Shown here: one piece after another, positions 24,411-36,113 of the stretch
Layout: each line of letters opens with the position of its first letter
How positions within the stretch are numbered: the stretch's first letter is position 1
Assembly: GCA_010093815.1 (NCBI GenBank)
Contig: ML996571.1
Origin: Pseudovirgaria hyperparasitica
Taxonomy: Eukaryota
Length of the DNA stretch: 64,000 nt
Reading direction: 5' to 3' (one strand)
Notes under the pieces: generated by a model
Told to the model about the DNA's origin: nothing
What the model saw: only the letters and a program-made list of their open reading frames with translations
Databases searched by the model: none
Program-made: the position numbers and the translations under genes

Positions 24411-26251
24411 TAAATAAGATATAAATCTTTAAGATAGTAGTATTTAGAATACTATAGAGGGATTTAGAGGCTTCTACGTATATCTTTATAATATAGCTTC
24501 TAAGAGTATCTACGCTTAGCTATATTACTACTTCTATCTCTAGATTTACCTTTATAATAGTATTATAGAGATAGCTATTTTTAATTACCTATAGAGACTA
24601 AGAGTTAAGAATAATCTACTTAGCTATTAATTAATTAAAGCTATTAGATTAGAAAGTCTTAATAAGTAGATTTACTATATTCTATTCTATCCTTAACTTC
24701 TTAATTATTATCTTAAGTATATTACCTTATATATACTTCCTTTTTCTATCTCTATATATAGAGTATTTATTATAGAGATATTCTACTAAGTTTATTATTA
24801 AGTCTACCTTAAATCGTCTACCTAAATGTCTCTTATAATAGTATATATAATATTACTAGTACTTCGCTCTATTATTTATCTATTAGAGATAATATCTATA
24901 TTACTAGATCTAGCTAAAGCTATTAGTCTACTTAAATATCTCTATAGACTTAATAAAGGATAAGAGACGTTACTAATTAATACCTTTATATATAGACTTA
25001 TTATTAGGGTTAATAATTGTAAGGAGGCGGGCTCTACGCACTAACCAACTACATTAAAAGAACCGAATCTTAAAGCTACTACTTTAAGGGTGGAGTACAC
25101 TACTTATATACGACTACTATATATATATATAATTAACTAGTAGGCACGTGCCTAATAATATCTCCCCTTTTTAAAGGCGCGTGCCCTTACGCATTATAGG
25201 TATCTACCTTATAAAAGATAAACTAAACTAGCTATAATAGGCCTAGTATACGCGCTAGCTATACTTGGCCTAGCATAAACTATATGCACATAATTAATAT
25301 TTATAATACCGCCTCTAGTACTAGATATACTAACTTACCATAGTAACGTTACTACTATATTATCTATTACATATATAAAGTACACGTAATATAGTAAGCT
25401 AAACGGAATCGTACGAAATTTAATAACGGTTAACTAGACTAAGAGTTAAACCCGTGACCCCGTAGTAGCTTTAAGATTATATAAGGAGGCGGGCTCTATA
25501 TACTAACTAACTATACTAAAAGAACCGAATCTTAAAGCTACTACTTTAAGGGTAGAGCACACTACTTATATACGACTACTATATACATGTATAATTAACT
25601 AGTAGACACGTGCCTAACAATAATAGAGTTATAATCTAGATCTTCTATACTATCTATATTATCTAATTCTATTCTAGAGGACTCTTAAACTAGATAATTA
25701 TATAGATTAGTAGATATAGGCTCGTATAGAATAGGGCTAATACTAGAGAGAGATAGTATCGTTAAGTTATAGATAGTAGTATCTTAAGTTAGTATTAGGT
25801 TCTAAGATATATCTTAAGGCTTCTTTATATATATATTACGCTATAAACGCTCGGTCTAGCTATACTACTTTTTAAATATATCTTAAGAGTACTTCTTAGA
25901 GGTATAAATAGACTACTAGAATACTATATTAAGGTTATTAACGCGTAGTTATTAATATAATAGTATTTAATATATATAGTAAATAAGAGAAGTTAGTCTA
26001 CGGCCTAACTCCGGTACTTATAAAATTAGAATAATCTTAATACTATAGTCTATATATATATATATATATACTTTAGTTTAGTTTAATTATTTATAGTTTA
26101 ATACTATCTTAAATTAAAGTTAAACTAAAGTGTTAGTTCTTAGTAAGAGGCCTTAACTAAACTAAACTAACCAGTTCTTGAGGCGGTCGAATTGAAGTTG
26201 AACTGATTGATAGGAAGTCTGGTATTGGTAAGTTTCGGCTGACAAATTCTA
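24411..26251 (-). mobile_element. RIPed hAT DNA transposon relic (5' end with subterminal repeats plus transposase N-terminus)
   Basis: Minus-strand frame ends LKIYILF| at 24411, de-RIPing to SKIHISF(D), the fungal hAT motif at the first catalytic Asp; BED-like W.C..C...STSN about 24850-24910; GAACTG/CAGTTC repeats at 26072-26207; terminal position uncertain. Confidence 0.65.
25018..25619 (-). mobile_element. TRIM-like element D2 (140-bp LTRs at 25018-25157 and 25480-25619)
   Basis: Homologous to D1; perfect 5-bp TSD ATAAT; inserted in the hAT relic. Confidence 0.93.
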
Positions 26252-26702
26252 GTCGCTTTATTTCATGCTCACGATATGGGCATAGCTAGGGAGCACCCAG
26301 TCCATTCAGTAGACTTGATGGATAGATAAGCACGATAGGGGCTAGATTGTGTATTGGCATTTGGGAGACGCTTGCGCTCACTATCCGGATCCCCGATGGA
26401 TTCATCTATTATGCGCTAACCGTATATGGATGGCGATCAAGGTAAACCACCAAATCGAGACACCGTTCATCAACACCGCTTTCAACATTGACTTTCCCTT
26501 TTGACAGCGGTGGAGGAAAATCAAGGAAATGTCTACCATCAACTGGACATGGATAGAGATAACAGAGGCAGTGAAAACCAGGACAAAGCGCCGATAAAAA
26601 ATTTCTTCACGAGCATCATTTCTTACGACGCTAGACCATCCGCGGGAACCTGGATGACAAACAAAGCACCTGAAGGATCAAAAAGCCGCTCCAGACTACA
26701 CG

Positions 26703-27254
26703 ATGCTCGCTACAACACCTCGCCTTTCCCTCCGTGAGTTCACAGCAAACGACGTAGACTCGTTCTACGCCCTAGAGTCAAATCCTGCAAACGCCCGCTA
26801 CCAAACATGGGAACCACGAACCCGTCAACAAAGCTCAAAGCTTGTTGATGAAGCCATCAACAGCATTTTAATACAGCCCAGGAGGGTCATAGAACTGGTC
26901 GTCGAGACTGGCTGCGAAACCGAGACACCCAGATTCATCGGCCGTGTTGGGTGTATGATAGCCGACAACATCGCAAACCTGTGGTTTTCTTTCTTGCCAG
27001 CGGCTCAAGGCAAAGGTTATGCGACAGAAGCGGTGAGAGCACTGATTACTTTTCTTCACGACGCACCTGCCGGAAACCTGGTTGCTTTTGAGACCCTACA
27101 GATCGAGTGTGATCCACGCAATACAGGAAGTCGTAGGATTGCCGAAAGACTTGGCTTCCAGAAGATTTCAGAGGAATTGAATGTATACAAATGTAAAGGC
27201 GAGTTGGTTGGCTCAGTGGTTTATGAAACTGGGATCCAGGGTTGGTTGAAGTGA
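26703..27254 (+). CDS. GNAT acetyltransferase, RimJ/RimL-like (Acetyltransf_3)
   Basis: TPRLSLREF, QGKGYATEA (AcCoA-binding motif A), N..SRRIAERLGF; intronless, 183 aa. Confidence 0.88.
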   Translation: MLATTPRLSLREFTANDVDSFYALESNPANARYQTWEPRTRQQSSKLVDEAINSILIQPRRVIELVVETGCETETPRFIGRVGCMIADNIANLWFSFLPAAQGKGYATEAVRALITFLHDAPAGNLVAFETLQIECDPRNTGSRRIAERLGFQKISEELNVYKCKGELVGSVVYETGIQGWLK

Positions 27255-27766
27255 GAAAGTGTCGACCGATGGGCGCAAATGCTGCTCAAGAGCAGTATCG
27301 ATACGACAGTTGATGCCAGAAGAAGCCGCAAGCCAAGGTTGGCGATATGCGTAGGATAGTCGTCGCGTTCTCAAACTTCCCTGATTTACAATTCGCCTGT
27401 TCAACGCCGGCAGCCTCTTGCATCATGGATGTCTTTCCTTTCATACGAGTCAAAAGTCTTTGGGCTAAGTCTTTGCAGCCTTATCATACCAACTATCGTA
27501 GACTAGGATCCTATACTTGCGTATTTGCACTGTCGAAGAAAGCTCTCCCTGAGGCCGAGGCTGTCATAGTTGGTGTCGTTGGATGGTGGTTCCTTTTCCG
27601 AAATTTGTTCCTCGTGACTCGTTTTTCTGATAATCGCTTTTCCTCAGCCAGCTATTGCTGGCCTATCGTCATTAATACCGGATTTTCTGGCTTCAATTCT
27701 CTCTCAGAATCCGCCATGGCAGTGATTTTCTTGAGCTTACCCATCTAAGCATTTTCTTCATCGAGA

Positions 27767-29830
27767 TTAATCTTTGCCGATACTGGCTTCGTCGATGCTT
27801 GCTTTGGTGGAAGGACTCTCCTCGAAGTCGACATCTTCTACCGGGAGTGTCCCAAAGCTTATATACCCGAGATTAGGCTCTCCAAAGTCATATATTTCAG
27901 AGCCTAGGCTGTCGTCAATAACTTCTTCTGTTCCTCCCTCAAGTCTACTGGCTGCGGTACTAGTATCTCCTTTGGGGTTTCTTGCCTCCGCTCTCGCTTG
28001 ACTTTTCTGTTGTCTCCTGATACGACCTTGGGTGTAATCTCGTATGATCTCGCGCTCAATGCTCTGTTCCACCTCCTCATCTCTCTTGAAAGTAGAGAGA
28101 CTGAGTGCCCAGAACTCTTTATCGACCTCCAAATAGTGCCGGACAAGCCAACGCAATTTCTTCTTCAGGACCTCGTGGAGAGATGTCTGGTGCTGTTGGT
28201 CTAGGAATTGGAACAGCCGCTCTGGCACCAGTATGCCCCGGAAGTGTCGCTGAAGCATGTTGGTTGCAAAGCAACGCCGCTCATAGCTCCCACTTGGAGA
28301 CAACAAGGCGTGGTATAGCTCTTTGTAGTTGTCCAGGTTCGACAAATACTTTTTAAATTCTACCGGAGTATTCTTCATTACACTATTGTAGACATTTTTG
28401 AAACGGTCAACGTGCTTTGAGCTGTGGTTATTTACCGTGCAGTCGTTCTCATCTTTGAAGTCAGGTAACAAGGTGGTAAGCCCTGCCCAAAGTGGTGCAT
28501 AATGGGCATTATGCCACCCAACTACCCCACTGATCTGGATTTTCCCGTTGTCATTGACGAAAAAGACATTGCTGGCATTGAAGCCAGGGATCGTGAGTAC
28601 GAACGAAGGTTCTTCCTTAGATCTCGTTATGTTCCGTGCTACGTGTAGTGGCATACTCTCCAACGACATGTGAAGGAAACTGTCGATTGCTGTTGTACCC
28701 AAGGACTCAATGCCTTCATTTGTTTTGTCGATGAGACGAGCAAGCTCGGTGATAGGAAGATGAATCTCTCTACTGAAGTCACGAGGCTTTCTTTCTTCGT
28801 CTAAAGATTCAGTGATCGAGATATACGCTGCCGTCTGCCCTGTCTGCGCAGTGACCATACCGACTCTGTTCGACCGCCGCGAAGTCAACTTGCCCAGCAC
28901 TTCTGCGACGGCTTCAAATCCCCCTAACATCCTGAGCCCCGCCTTACGGTCATTTCTCTTGCTGGTAAGATATGTAGGCCACCTCTTTCCTGCCTTCATT
29001 ACTTTTCTCTCCGGGGCCCCATTCAACACTTCGTCGCCTCGGACTCCTTCCACGAAATCCATAAGGATGTATGGTACGCCTATCTCGCTACGATCCAACG
29101 AAGTCTCCCAGCAATACACCTCCGGCACCGGAATGCTGGTGTTATTCTTGACGTACTGCATTGTTGCTACCTCGGACCGCAGGAGCGCCGCTCTCTCCTT
29201 CGTCCATCGACCCTTCCAGCCCGCGCCTGGCACCTTCACCACGACAGCCTTCTCGTTGTTGCATAGCTTGTATACAGTATACTTTGAGCCATAGTCACGA
29301 TATTCGAGATTGTAGGTGACTTCAGGATCGTCCGTAGATCCCATTAGCCCTGTGACCATAATCTCCAGCTTCTTCTGATCTATGCGCAGAGTGTCACCCC
29401 ACATCCAGTCCTCACCGGTACCATCGAACGTATCGCCGTGCTTCTGATATGGGGTTTTGTAGATTTCGGTGATCGGAAAGAAGTGGACGCGCTTCGGCGT
29501 TTTCGCGAGTTCAGCAGAGGGGGGTTCATCTGAAGCGAGGACTGGCCGATCTCCAGACCTGTGCCTGATACTCTGCTTTGCAGCGTCGACGAATACCGCC
29601 GTGCTTTCCTGGGAGGCTTCAGGACAGCTCTTCTCGTTGACAGTAGACTCCTTCTTCTGTTCTTCCACTTCCTCATCTTCCTCCTTCTCCATAGTGCTTC
29701 TGGCACCCTCCATTTGTCTGACAGCATCGCTCGTTGGAATAGTGGCCCAAGTTCTAAGGCGCTTTGGGCGGTGGAGGGCGTTGTCGTATTGATCGGCGTT
29801 TGTGTCTCCGATAGGTCGTTTCATAGGCAT
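27767..29830 (-). CDS. Aminoglycoside phosphotransferase (APH)/kinase-like fold protein with degenerate catalytic motifs
   Basis: VVKVP, SEVATMQYVKNNTSIPVPEVYCW and IGVPYILMDFVEG are typical of fungal APH-like proteins; 687-aa intronless ORF. Confidence 0.75.
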   Translation of the reverse strand: MPMKRPIGDTNADQYDNALHRPKRLRTWATIPTSDAVRQMEGARSTMEKEEDEEVEEQKKESTVNEKSCPEASQESTAVFVDAAKQSIRHRSGDRPVLASDEPPSAELAKTPKRVHFFPITEIYKTPYQKHGDTFDGTGEDWMWGDTLRIDQKKLEIMVTGLMGSTDDPEVTYNLEYRDYGSKYTVYKLCNNEKAVVVKVPGAGWKGRWTKERAALLRSEVATMQYVKNNTSIPVPEVYCWETSLDRSEIGVPYILMDFVEGVRGDEVLNGAPERKVMKAGKRWPTYLTSKRNDRKAGLRMLGGFEAVAEVLGKLTSRRSNRVGMVTAQTGQTAAYISITESLDEERKPRDFSREIHLPITELARLIDKTNEGIESLGTTAIDSFLHMSLESMPLHVARNITRSKEEPSFVLTIPGFNASNVFFVNDNGKIQISGVVGWHNAHYAPLWAGLTTLLPDFKDENDCTVNNHSSKHVDRFKNVYNSVMKNTPVEFKKYLSNLDNYKELYHALLSPSGSYERRCFATNMLQRHFRGILVPERLFQFLDQQHQTSLHEVLKKKLRWLVRHYLEVDKEFWALSLSTFKRDEEVEQSIEREIIRDYTQGRIRRQQKSQARAEARNPKGDTSTAASRLEGGTEEVIDDSLGSEIYDFGEPNLGYISFGTLPVEDVDFEESPSTKASIDEASIGKD

Positions 29831-30699
29831 CGTACTGCGATTATAGCATGAAAGATATGTCCTTGATGACGGTATGATTTTAGTATAAGGGGTCTTATAG
29901 ACGATTGTTCGAGACTGCGCTGATGATATGGTACGAACTCAAAAGTAGATAGGGCAGAATGCGAAGAAACGGGGGCCACCTCTTCAGACAGCAGAGGTAT
30001 TGAGTTCTTACGCGACTTTCCAGATGCTGAAATGGCATTGTGATGACGAGTTGTGTTAGAGAGACTACACTGTGCATGCCAGGAGATGTGACAAACATAC
30101 GCCACCACGCCAAGACAGACAATAGAAATTGGGGGGATGTAACAAGAGAGAGGCAACCAAGTTAAGAAGAATGTTCAAGTAGTAAGATGTGAGTAGTCAT
30201 GGATCAAAAAGAGCATTTCATTGATGATATCTATAGGGAACAAGAATAAACGCTCGGAGAAAAATTTGTAAACACCAGCCGGAACTCTTTCCTCCAGGTC
30301 AAAAGCGCTAGGATATCTGTAATTAGAGAATGTTAGCGAAGTGAGCTTCTCAAGTCAGTGATGATCTAAGATCAAAGGCGGACTTCAACGGATGGCCAAG
30401 TAGAACTTAGCCATCTTATCAGCGAGAAGATTGGTTCTGCTCATTTCCAGCTACAACCACAGGACAACTTGCACTCCAGTGACCTCTTCCACTCGTAGTA
30501 CATCGACTTGAGCTTCCTTGTGAAGGAAACCTAGCCCGCACACACATGCGTACCCAAGCTTCAGAAATTGTGGACAACGCCTGGCAGCTCTAAACCAAAG
30601 TAGACCTCCGTCGAGAGCTGCCAGACTGCCACTAATCTCCCCACCAGTCAAGATTCTTCAGCCCGCTCGCAGTGAGTCCCACATCAAGCTTGGGGAGAC

Positions 30700-30853
30700 C
30701 ACCGGTATCCGTTTTAGCCCGACCGGTCTCGTGGTTTCATCACCGGTATCAGATAAATCCAATTCATCGCATGGTACTTCCACCGGTATCAGATAGATCC
30801 AATTCATCGCATGATTCGACCACGCGAATCGGTAACCCTGATTCATCGCATGG
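30700..30853. repeat. Degenerate tandem repeat of about 40 bp (caccggtatcagataratccaattcatcgcatg)
   Basis: Near-identical units at 30741 and 30781; partial units at 30700 and 30841. Confidence 0.8.
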
Positions 30854-32221
30854 CCTCCCTTCCACTTGTAGCTTCCCCAAAGTCCTGGGGATCGTAATCT
30901 TGACAAGCAAGGAAGTTAGTGAGCCCTCAGCAGCTTTCTCATCCACAGCCATTCCTACCCGTGCGCACCAGCTCAGGCTACATGCTCTGTCCAGGAAACA
31001 AGTCCATCAGACATTGCTCGCCGCCGTTGCCAGCCTGACGAGATCATTGGTCAGACCTCCGGCAAAGTGACTGATGGCATGCAAGCTAGACTGTGATTGA
31101 GCCAGCTCGGAATAAGAGATATTGGTTTTCATTCATCGAAGTATACGTAAACTGAAGTGGAGGTAAGTTACTCACAAGAGAGCTCAGGTTGCTTTTGCCA
31201 CCGGAAGCGAATCAGAGCTTGACGTTAAGCTTGAGTGAAATGCATGAAAATGATAGATAGGGATGAAGAAAGAAGAAGCAGAAGAGGAGGAGGTGGAGGA
31301 AGAAGAAGAAGAAAAGAGTTTGCAGACAGGAGGGAAGAGTGAGGCGGAGGAGTGAAGATGAAGGTAGAGAGGATGATGAATGGGAAAAAAACAAGTGGGC
31401 GAGCTCAAATATATAGCTTTTTGAACTGCCGCTAACAGAAAGCACAGTCCATCACTGGCAATGCTATTCTGCCACCGCTGGTGAATGGCCAATTGACGAG
31501 GGGCATTTTGTCTCGATCTGGCATGTCACGGGACTGTCTGTTTCGGCGACGGCAGCGGTGACGTATCTGGAGCGCAGTGGTTCGCCGTGCGCCATTCGTC
31601 CAGGTAGTCCCGGAAGCAGTTCCCATGAGCAGGGCTACGCCTATTCGAGACAGCTGTATTGTGGTGGTGACGTGCTGAGAAGTTTGAACAATGGGAGATG
31701 AAGTGAATCGTGACATTTTACGTTCGCCGTTGTCCCAAACTAGTTCCAGCGGCATGGCCTACAGTCATTCAGGATAGCTGTATTCTGGTACTTACTCGAC
31801 TACCGAAGGAGCTGATGGTGAAGTCTATATTCGGCTCCGCTACTTGGAAGTCGTTTGGGAGACAGTGTATGAAATTGTATTTTCAAGTACTATGGATACG
31901 GCACACTTGAAGGAGTAAGGTAGGAACGAAGCAAATTGTATGAGGAGAGTATCCATGTTGAGTTAGCTGAAGTTGTACTTCGTGTCTTGCAGTTCTAGGG
32001 GACTGAAGCCGAAAGAAATCTCACGATAGTAACATGGGCGGTGTACTAGGGAGCATGACAGCAGCCGCTGGACTTCTACCATGTACTTAGTGAACTGGGA
32101 ATCTTAGTTCAAGTAATGACATATCTTGGTCGAACATGAAGAGATGTTATCGGTGGAAAACGGAAATTATTCATGAGATGCAGAGGAGCTAGAGATGGAC
32201 AGCAAGGAGAGTAGAAAAAGT

Positions 32222-33151
32222 TTACTTAGCTGCCTGAAGAGCTCTTTTGTCTCTTCTTTGCTTGACCCACTGTCCAAATGGAAGCCATATCTCTTCCTTC
32301 TGCGCTGGCTTCAGAGTCGCAGCAAGCCCACTAGTAGACGTAGCCACAAAGACTCTCGCACCATGCCATATTCCACCGCAGCCGTCAGATTCTTCACCGT
32401 CCTGACTTCTGCCCATGTTCTCCTTCTCATCCTGCCACCCATAACAAAACTCCTTTACATTAGGACTTTTCCCATGGCGATACTTCCATATACTCTCCCA
32501 TATGCCTTTACCAACAATACACACAGCCTCAGGCTTATACTTTAGTATCTTCTCATCTAATATTCTAGTGCCAGCAACTTGTTCCGCCTTCGACAACTCC
32601 GCAGTATCCTTCGTTGGCCGCGAAACAATGTTTGTGTTGCCCATTGAGTATAGCCGCGGTAGATCCCCGTCTTCTTCAGGGCGACACCGCCTATCCGTAC
32701 AACCTGATGAGTGTAACAGTTTCCAGAAGAGATTCGAAGGATGTGCGTATGCGTGACCAGATGTGGCAGTTGATATGCCAGGATTAGCGCCTATGAAGAT
32801 ACAGATGAGTCCAGGCTCGAGGACGTCGCGTAACCCCGGGAGATGTGCATATTTCGAAGGGTCGGCATATTTGCTTGACGATCGGCGCTTCTTGGGTGTT
32901 CGAGAAGGCGAGTTCGACGTTGACTTGGTGACCGCAGATCGGTTCCGTCCGAGGGGTGGAATGGCTGTGGAATGAGACTTTGAGTGAGGGCGAGCTATGG
33001 ACACGTGCGATGCCGTAGTCGGCCTTGATCGTAACTCCCGATGCTGGAATTGCTCCAATCTGCGTGTGAAGCTCGGAGGAGCGGTGGGTTCGCCTTCGCT
33101 GGCGTAACTATCGCCATCTTGAGACTCCTCGGTGACGCGAGACCTAAGCAT
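32222..33151 (-). CDS. G/U (G/T) mismatch-specific DNA glycosylase, TDG/MUG family (thp1-like)
   Basis: IFIGANPG, GHAYAHPSNLFWKLLHSSG, GNTNIVSRPT, STSG motifs. Confidence 0.93.
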   Translation of the reverse strand: MLRSRVTEESQDGDSYASEGEPTAPPSFTRRLEQFQHRELRSRPTTASHVSIARPHSKSHSTAIPPLGRNRSAVTKSTSNSPSRTPKKRRSSSKYADPSKYAHLPGLRDVLEPGLICIFIGANPGISTATSGHAYAHPSNLFWKLLHSSGCTDRRCRPEEDGDLPRLYSMGNTNIVSRPTKDTAELSKAEQVAGTRILDEKILKYKPEAVCIVGKGIWESIWKYRHGKSPNVKEFCYGWQDEKENMGRSQDGEESDGCGGIWHGARVFVATSTSGLAATLKPAQKEEIWLPFGQWVKQRRDKRALQAAK

Positions 33152-34196
33152 GTCGCAGAGATCCGCCCACTAGAGACGTAGAAGAGTCTGTCTATCACCC
33201 GGGAAGGACATGCCAAGTCAAGCGACGCGTGCATCCAAGCAGTGATCTGGTCCTCATCATCTCGAGGCTTGTAGTTTGCGTTTGAACATTACGGACTCGG
33301 AGAAGTGACGTCTGGAACAATGATGAGATTTACCTTTGGTCGTGACCAACTATTCAGTTCTCATTTCTCACTGTCAGTGTTCGCAGACCACGCCCCTTGG
33401 CGGCAGCTATACTCTTGGGCTCAATCTCTTCACAGACCTTAAAAGCGCTTCATTGGTTCTTGGCTATTTAGGAACTGACTCCTTTGAGCGCATTGGGATC
33501 CCATGAGTGCCACTCTTTCCCAAATTAACACCTTCCTCATATCGTTGGTTCCCATGAGACTTCGTCGTATTTGAACTCGCCCTCCTATAACATGAGCGAA
33601 TCACTTGCTAGGCTCCTGGGAACTCGAAACATACCGGTTTTTGGCAGGAGAATACTACGTAGGACCTACTCGAACCAACGACTCACACCTCTACACATCA
33701 TCAATTTAAAGAATAACTTTCCGCTGTCTGTGAACAGGCCTCCTGACGGGTAGAAGAAATAGCCAAAGAGCTACTAACACCGGCATAAAGCCAACTCTGG
33801 GGTACCAGAATACCCGATATATGCTCATTGGCATCTTGATCCGGACCTCCCATCAATGTGTTCACTGCGAAATGACTTCATTGGTATACAGGCGCTGAGC
33901 GTTACCGAAGTAGTCGACTTCTTGATGTGCTCGTGGCAATACCATTTACATTTACCTTGAGGGGGTTTAATTCTACCATGCGTGAATTCATCTTCCACTG
34001 TGTAGCTATCGATCATAGACTGTCCGCGGCAGGAATCTCCGGATATTTAGAGAGACAAGTCACGCACGGTAGAAGAAATCACAAAGCACAGCAATATCTA
34101 CTAAAACCACATGCCAAAGCTCAGTGATCTATTCGTACGACGCATTGGACATATGTAGATTATTTGGCTCAACAGGGCGGGACCCGAGAGATGCAA

Positions 34197-36113
34197 TCAC
34201 AGTATAGTACACCTATTCAGCGGGTCGTTTCCCAGCATTGCATCTCTCAGATTCCGTCCCCGTCTCTGCCTCTTCTCCTCCTCGCTCAGGTCCTCGTGGC
34301 TGTATCCCCACCAGATGGCGACCCTTGCGTGAGCCAACAAACGGCCCTCCGCCCCAAAGTCCTCATCCCAGTCGTGTTTTCTCAGGGCCGTGCATCCGGG
34401 CAAGCCAACGAACCTGACCAGGGGCCGGGCTCGCCGGACGTCGTCGACCCACTGCTGGTCTATATCCGTCTCAACCTCCGGGCTGCCAATCCGAGGCTTC
34501 TTGTCTACCCAGTCATTGTTGATCGCATGATGCTCGTCCGGGCTGAACGCCTGTGCCGTCTTGCACGTTGGGTGACGGTAGACCACCAATGGGTCTTTTC
34601 GCATCTTTAGGTGCAGCTCGGCAGCAGCTTGCACTATGGTAAGTAGGGACAGGATCATCTTTCTGTGGAGAGTATGTTCTTCTTTTGCGTCCATGAAGAC
34701 CAGTCGTGAGATCTGTGTGTTCTTCTTCCCGATTAAAGGTTTGAAACCTGGATTGAGCGCTAGGATGGGCTGTAAAGCATCGAAGATCTTGATCGATATA
34801 CGGTGGGTTTCCCAGCCGTATTCCTCTTCCCATTCGGGAGCCTTTTCAATCCTTTCCACGATCTTCGCGAGGCATTCGTTGTATATGAAACCCCCTGGAT
34901 TTGTTCTATTAGCAGGTAAACAAGAAGACACAGACCTGTCGACACTGACCATGGCCATTCTTCGATAGCACCTTTTTTCCCATCTTATATATCTCCTTCA
35001 CTTGGCGTCTTGTTGCACCACACAGTGGTCTAGAAATAACATCCTCATGAATAATCTTCCCGATGATTGCGTAAATCAGAAGCCCTCTATCTTCGTTCTC
35101 AATTACCATTTCAGGCCATCCTCTCAGCGCGGTAGCTGGAGCCATCTCCTTAACGGCGCAGAGGAGATCCATACTAGGTCTTTTCAAGGGAACACCGTCG
35201 CCGTCCAAATCTTTGCCTCCCTGAATGGTGAAATTGCAGTACGTACCAATGAATCTTTTGATTCGTTTATGTATCAAAGCGTACTGACGTTTGACAAATG
35301 CATCCATACGGCGATATGAAGCCAGTTCGTCTTCCTCCAACAACTGTGACTCGGCAGGGTTGGTGGATTCGTGCTTCCGGTGGTCACAGTCCGCTCTCAC
35401 AGGTGTCTGTGGATCGCTCAGTCCTCTATCAGGGCTTCCATCTTCACGAGCTACGCGCTCTTGTCGACTTTGACCTTCGCTATCGAGATCGTCCTCATCC
35501 TCGCTCTGGCCCACTGGGCTGCGCTCAGATGTTAGGTCTCGATCAACTTCCGAGCGAGTCTCATCTTCACTGAAACTACCCCCAGCCTCACCAATATCCA
35601 GATCTTGGACTGACTGATACTGCACATCTTGGTCAGTCCCTGGCTCAGATCTCTGTTCAGGGGCTTCGATCTGGCCTGACTGCAACTGGGTGTATCGGGC
35701 TATAGATCTTGCTTTTCGTGTTTGACGAGTTCTAGTCGTGGTTTTGAATGTAATGCCTTTCCTTGAAGGAGTGGGCGAACTCATGGAAGATTCAGGAGGA
35801 GAGGATGTATGTTGCCTTTTTCGCTGTGTGTCGTCGTCAATATCGGAATCAATGGACCTGCCACGTTTCCTGTTTTCTGTTGGAGAATTTCGAGAGGTAG
35901 AGGAGATCAGAAGAGGAGCAGCATCGTCCACCACTGCTGCTTTAGCCTTTCGCATGTCGGCATTCTGTAAGAGTTAGGCTGCAAGATAAAAGTAGTAAAA
36001 TTCACAAATAGATGTCCCACCTTTTTGCGAACAGTCCTCATCACCTCACTGAGGTCTTGCTGATCGTCAAGCTCCGGCTGAGTTTGTCGTGTTGGATAGG
36101 TGCGGCCCGTCAT
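34197..36113 (-). CDS. Hypothetical protein, 3 exons (36113-36021, 35964-34950, 34894-34197)
   Basis: GT-AG introns with ctaac/gctaat branch sites join three ORFs in frame; low-complexity N-terminus, globular C-terminus; no family recognised. Confidence 0.7.

Larger units (their letters stand above)
1..26200. other. AT-rich, RIP-mutated nested transposon block
   Basis: Strong TpA excess and CpA/TpG depletion; almost no ORFs; repeat copies differ mainly by C>T/G>A transitions; abrupt switch to GC-balanced DNA at about 26,170-26,230. Confidence 0.97.

Noticed and set aside
32222..33151. Functional link between the TDG/MUG glycosylase and the adjacent RIP block
   Set aside because: Widely conserved housekeeping gene; proximity alone is not evidence
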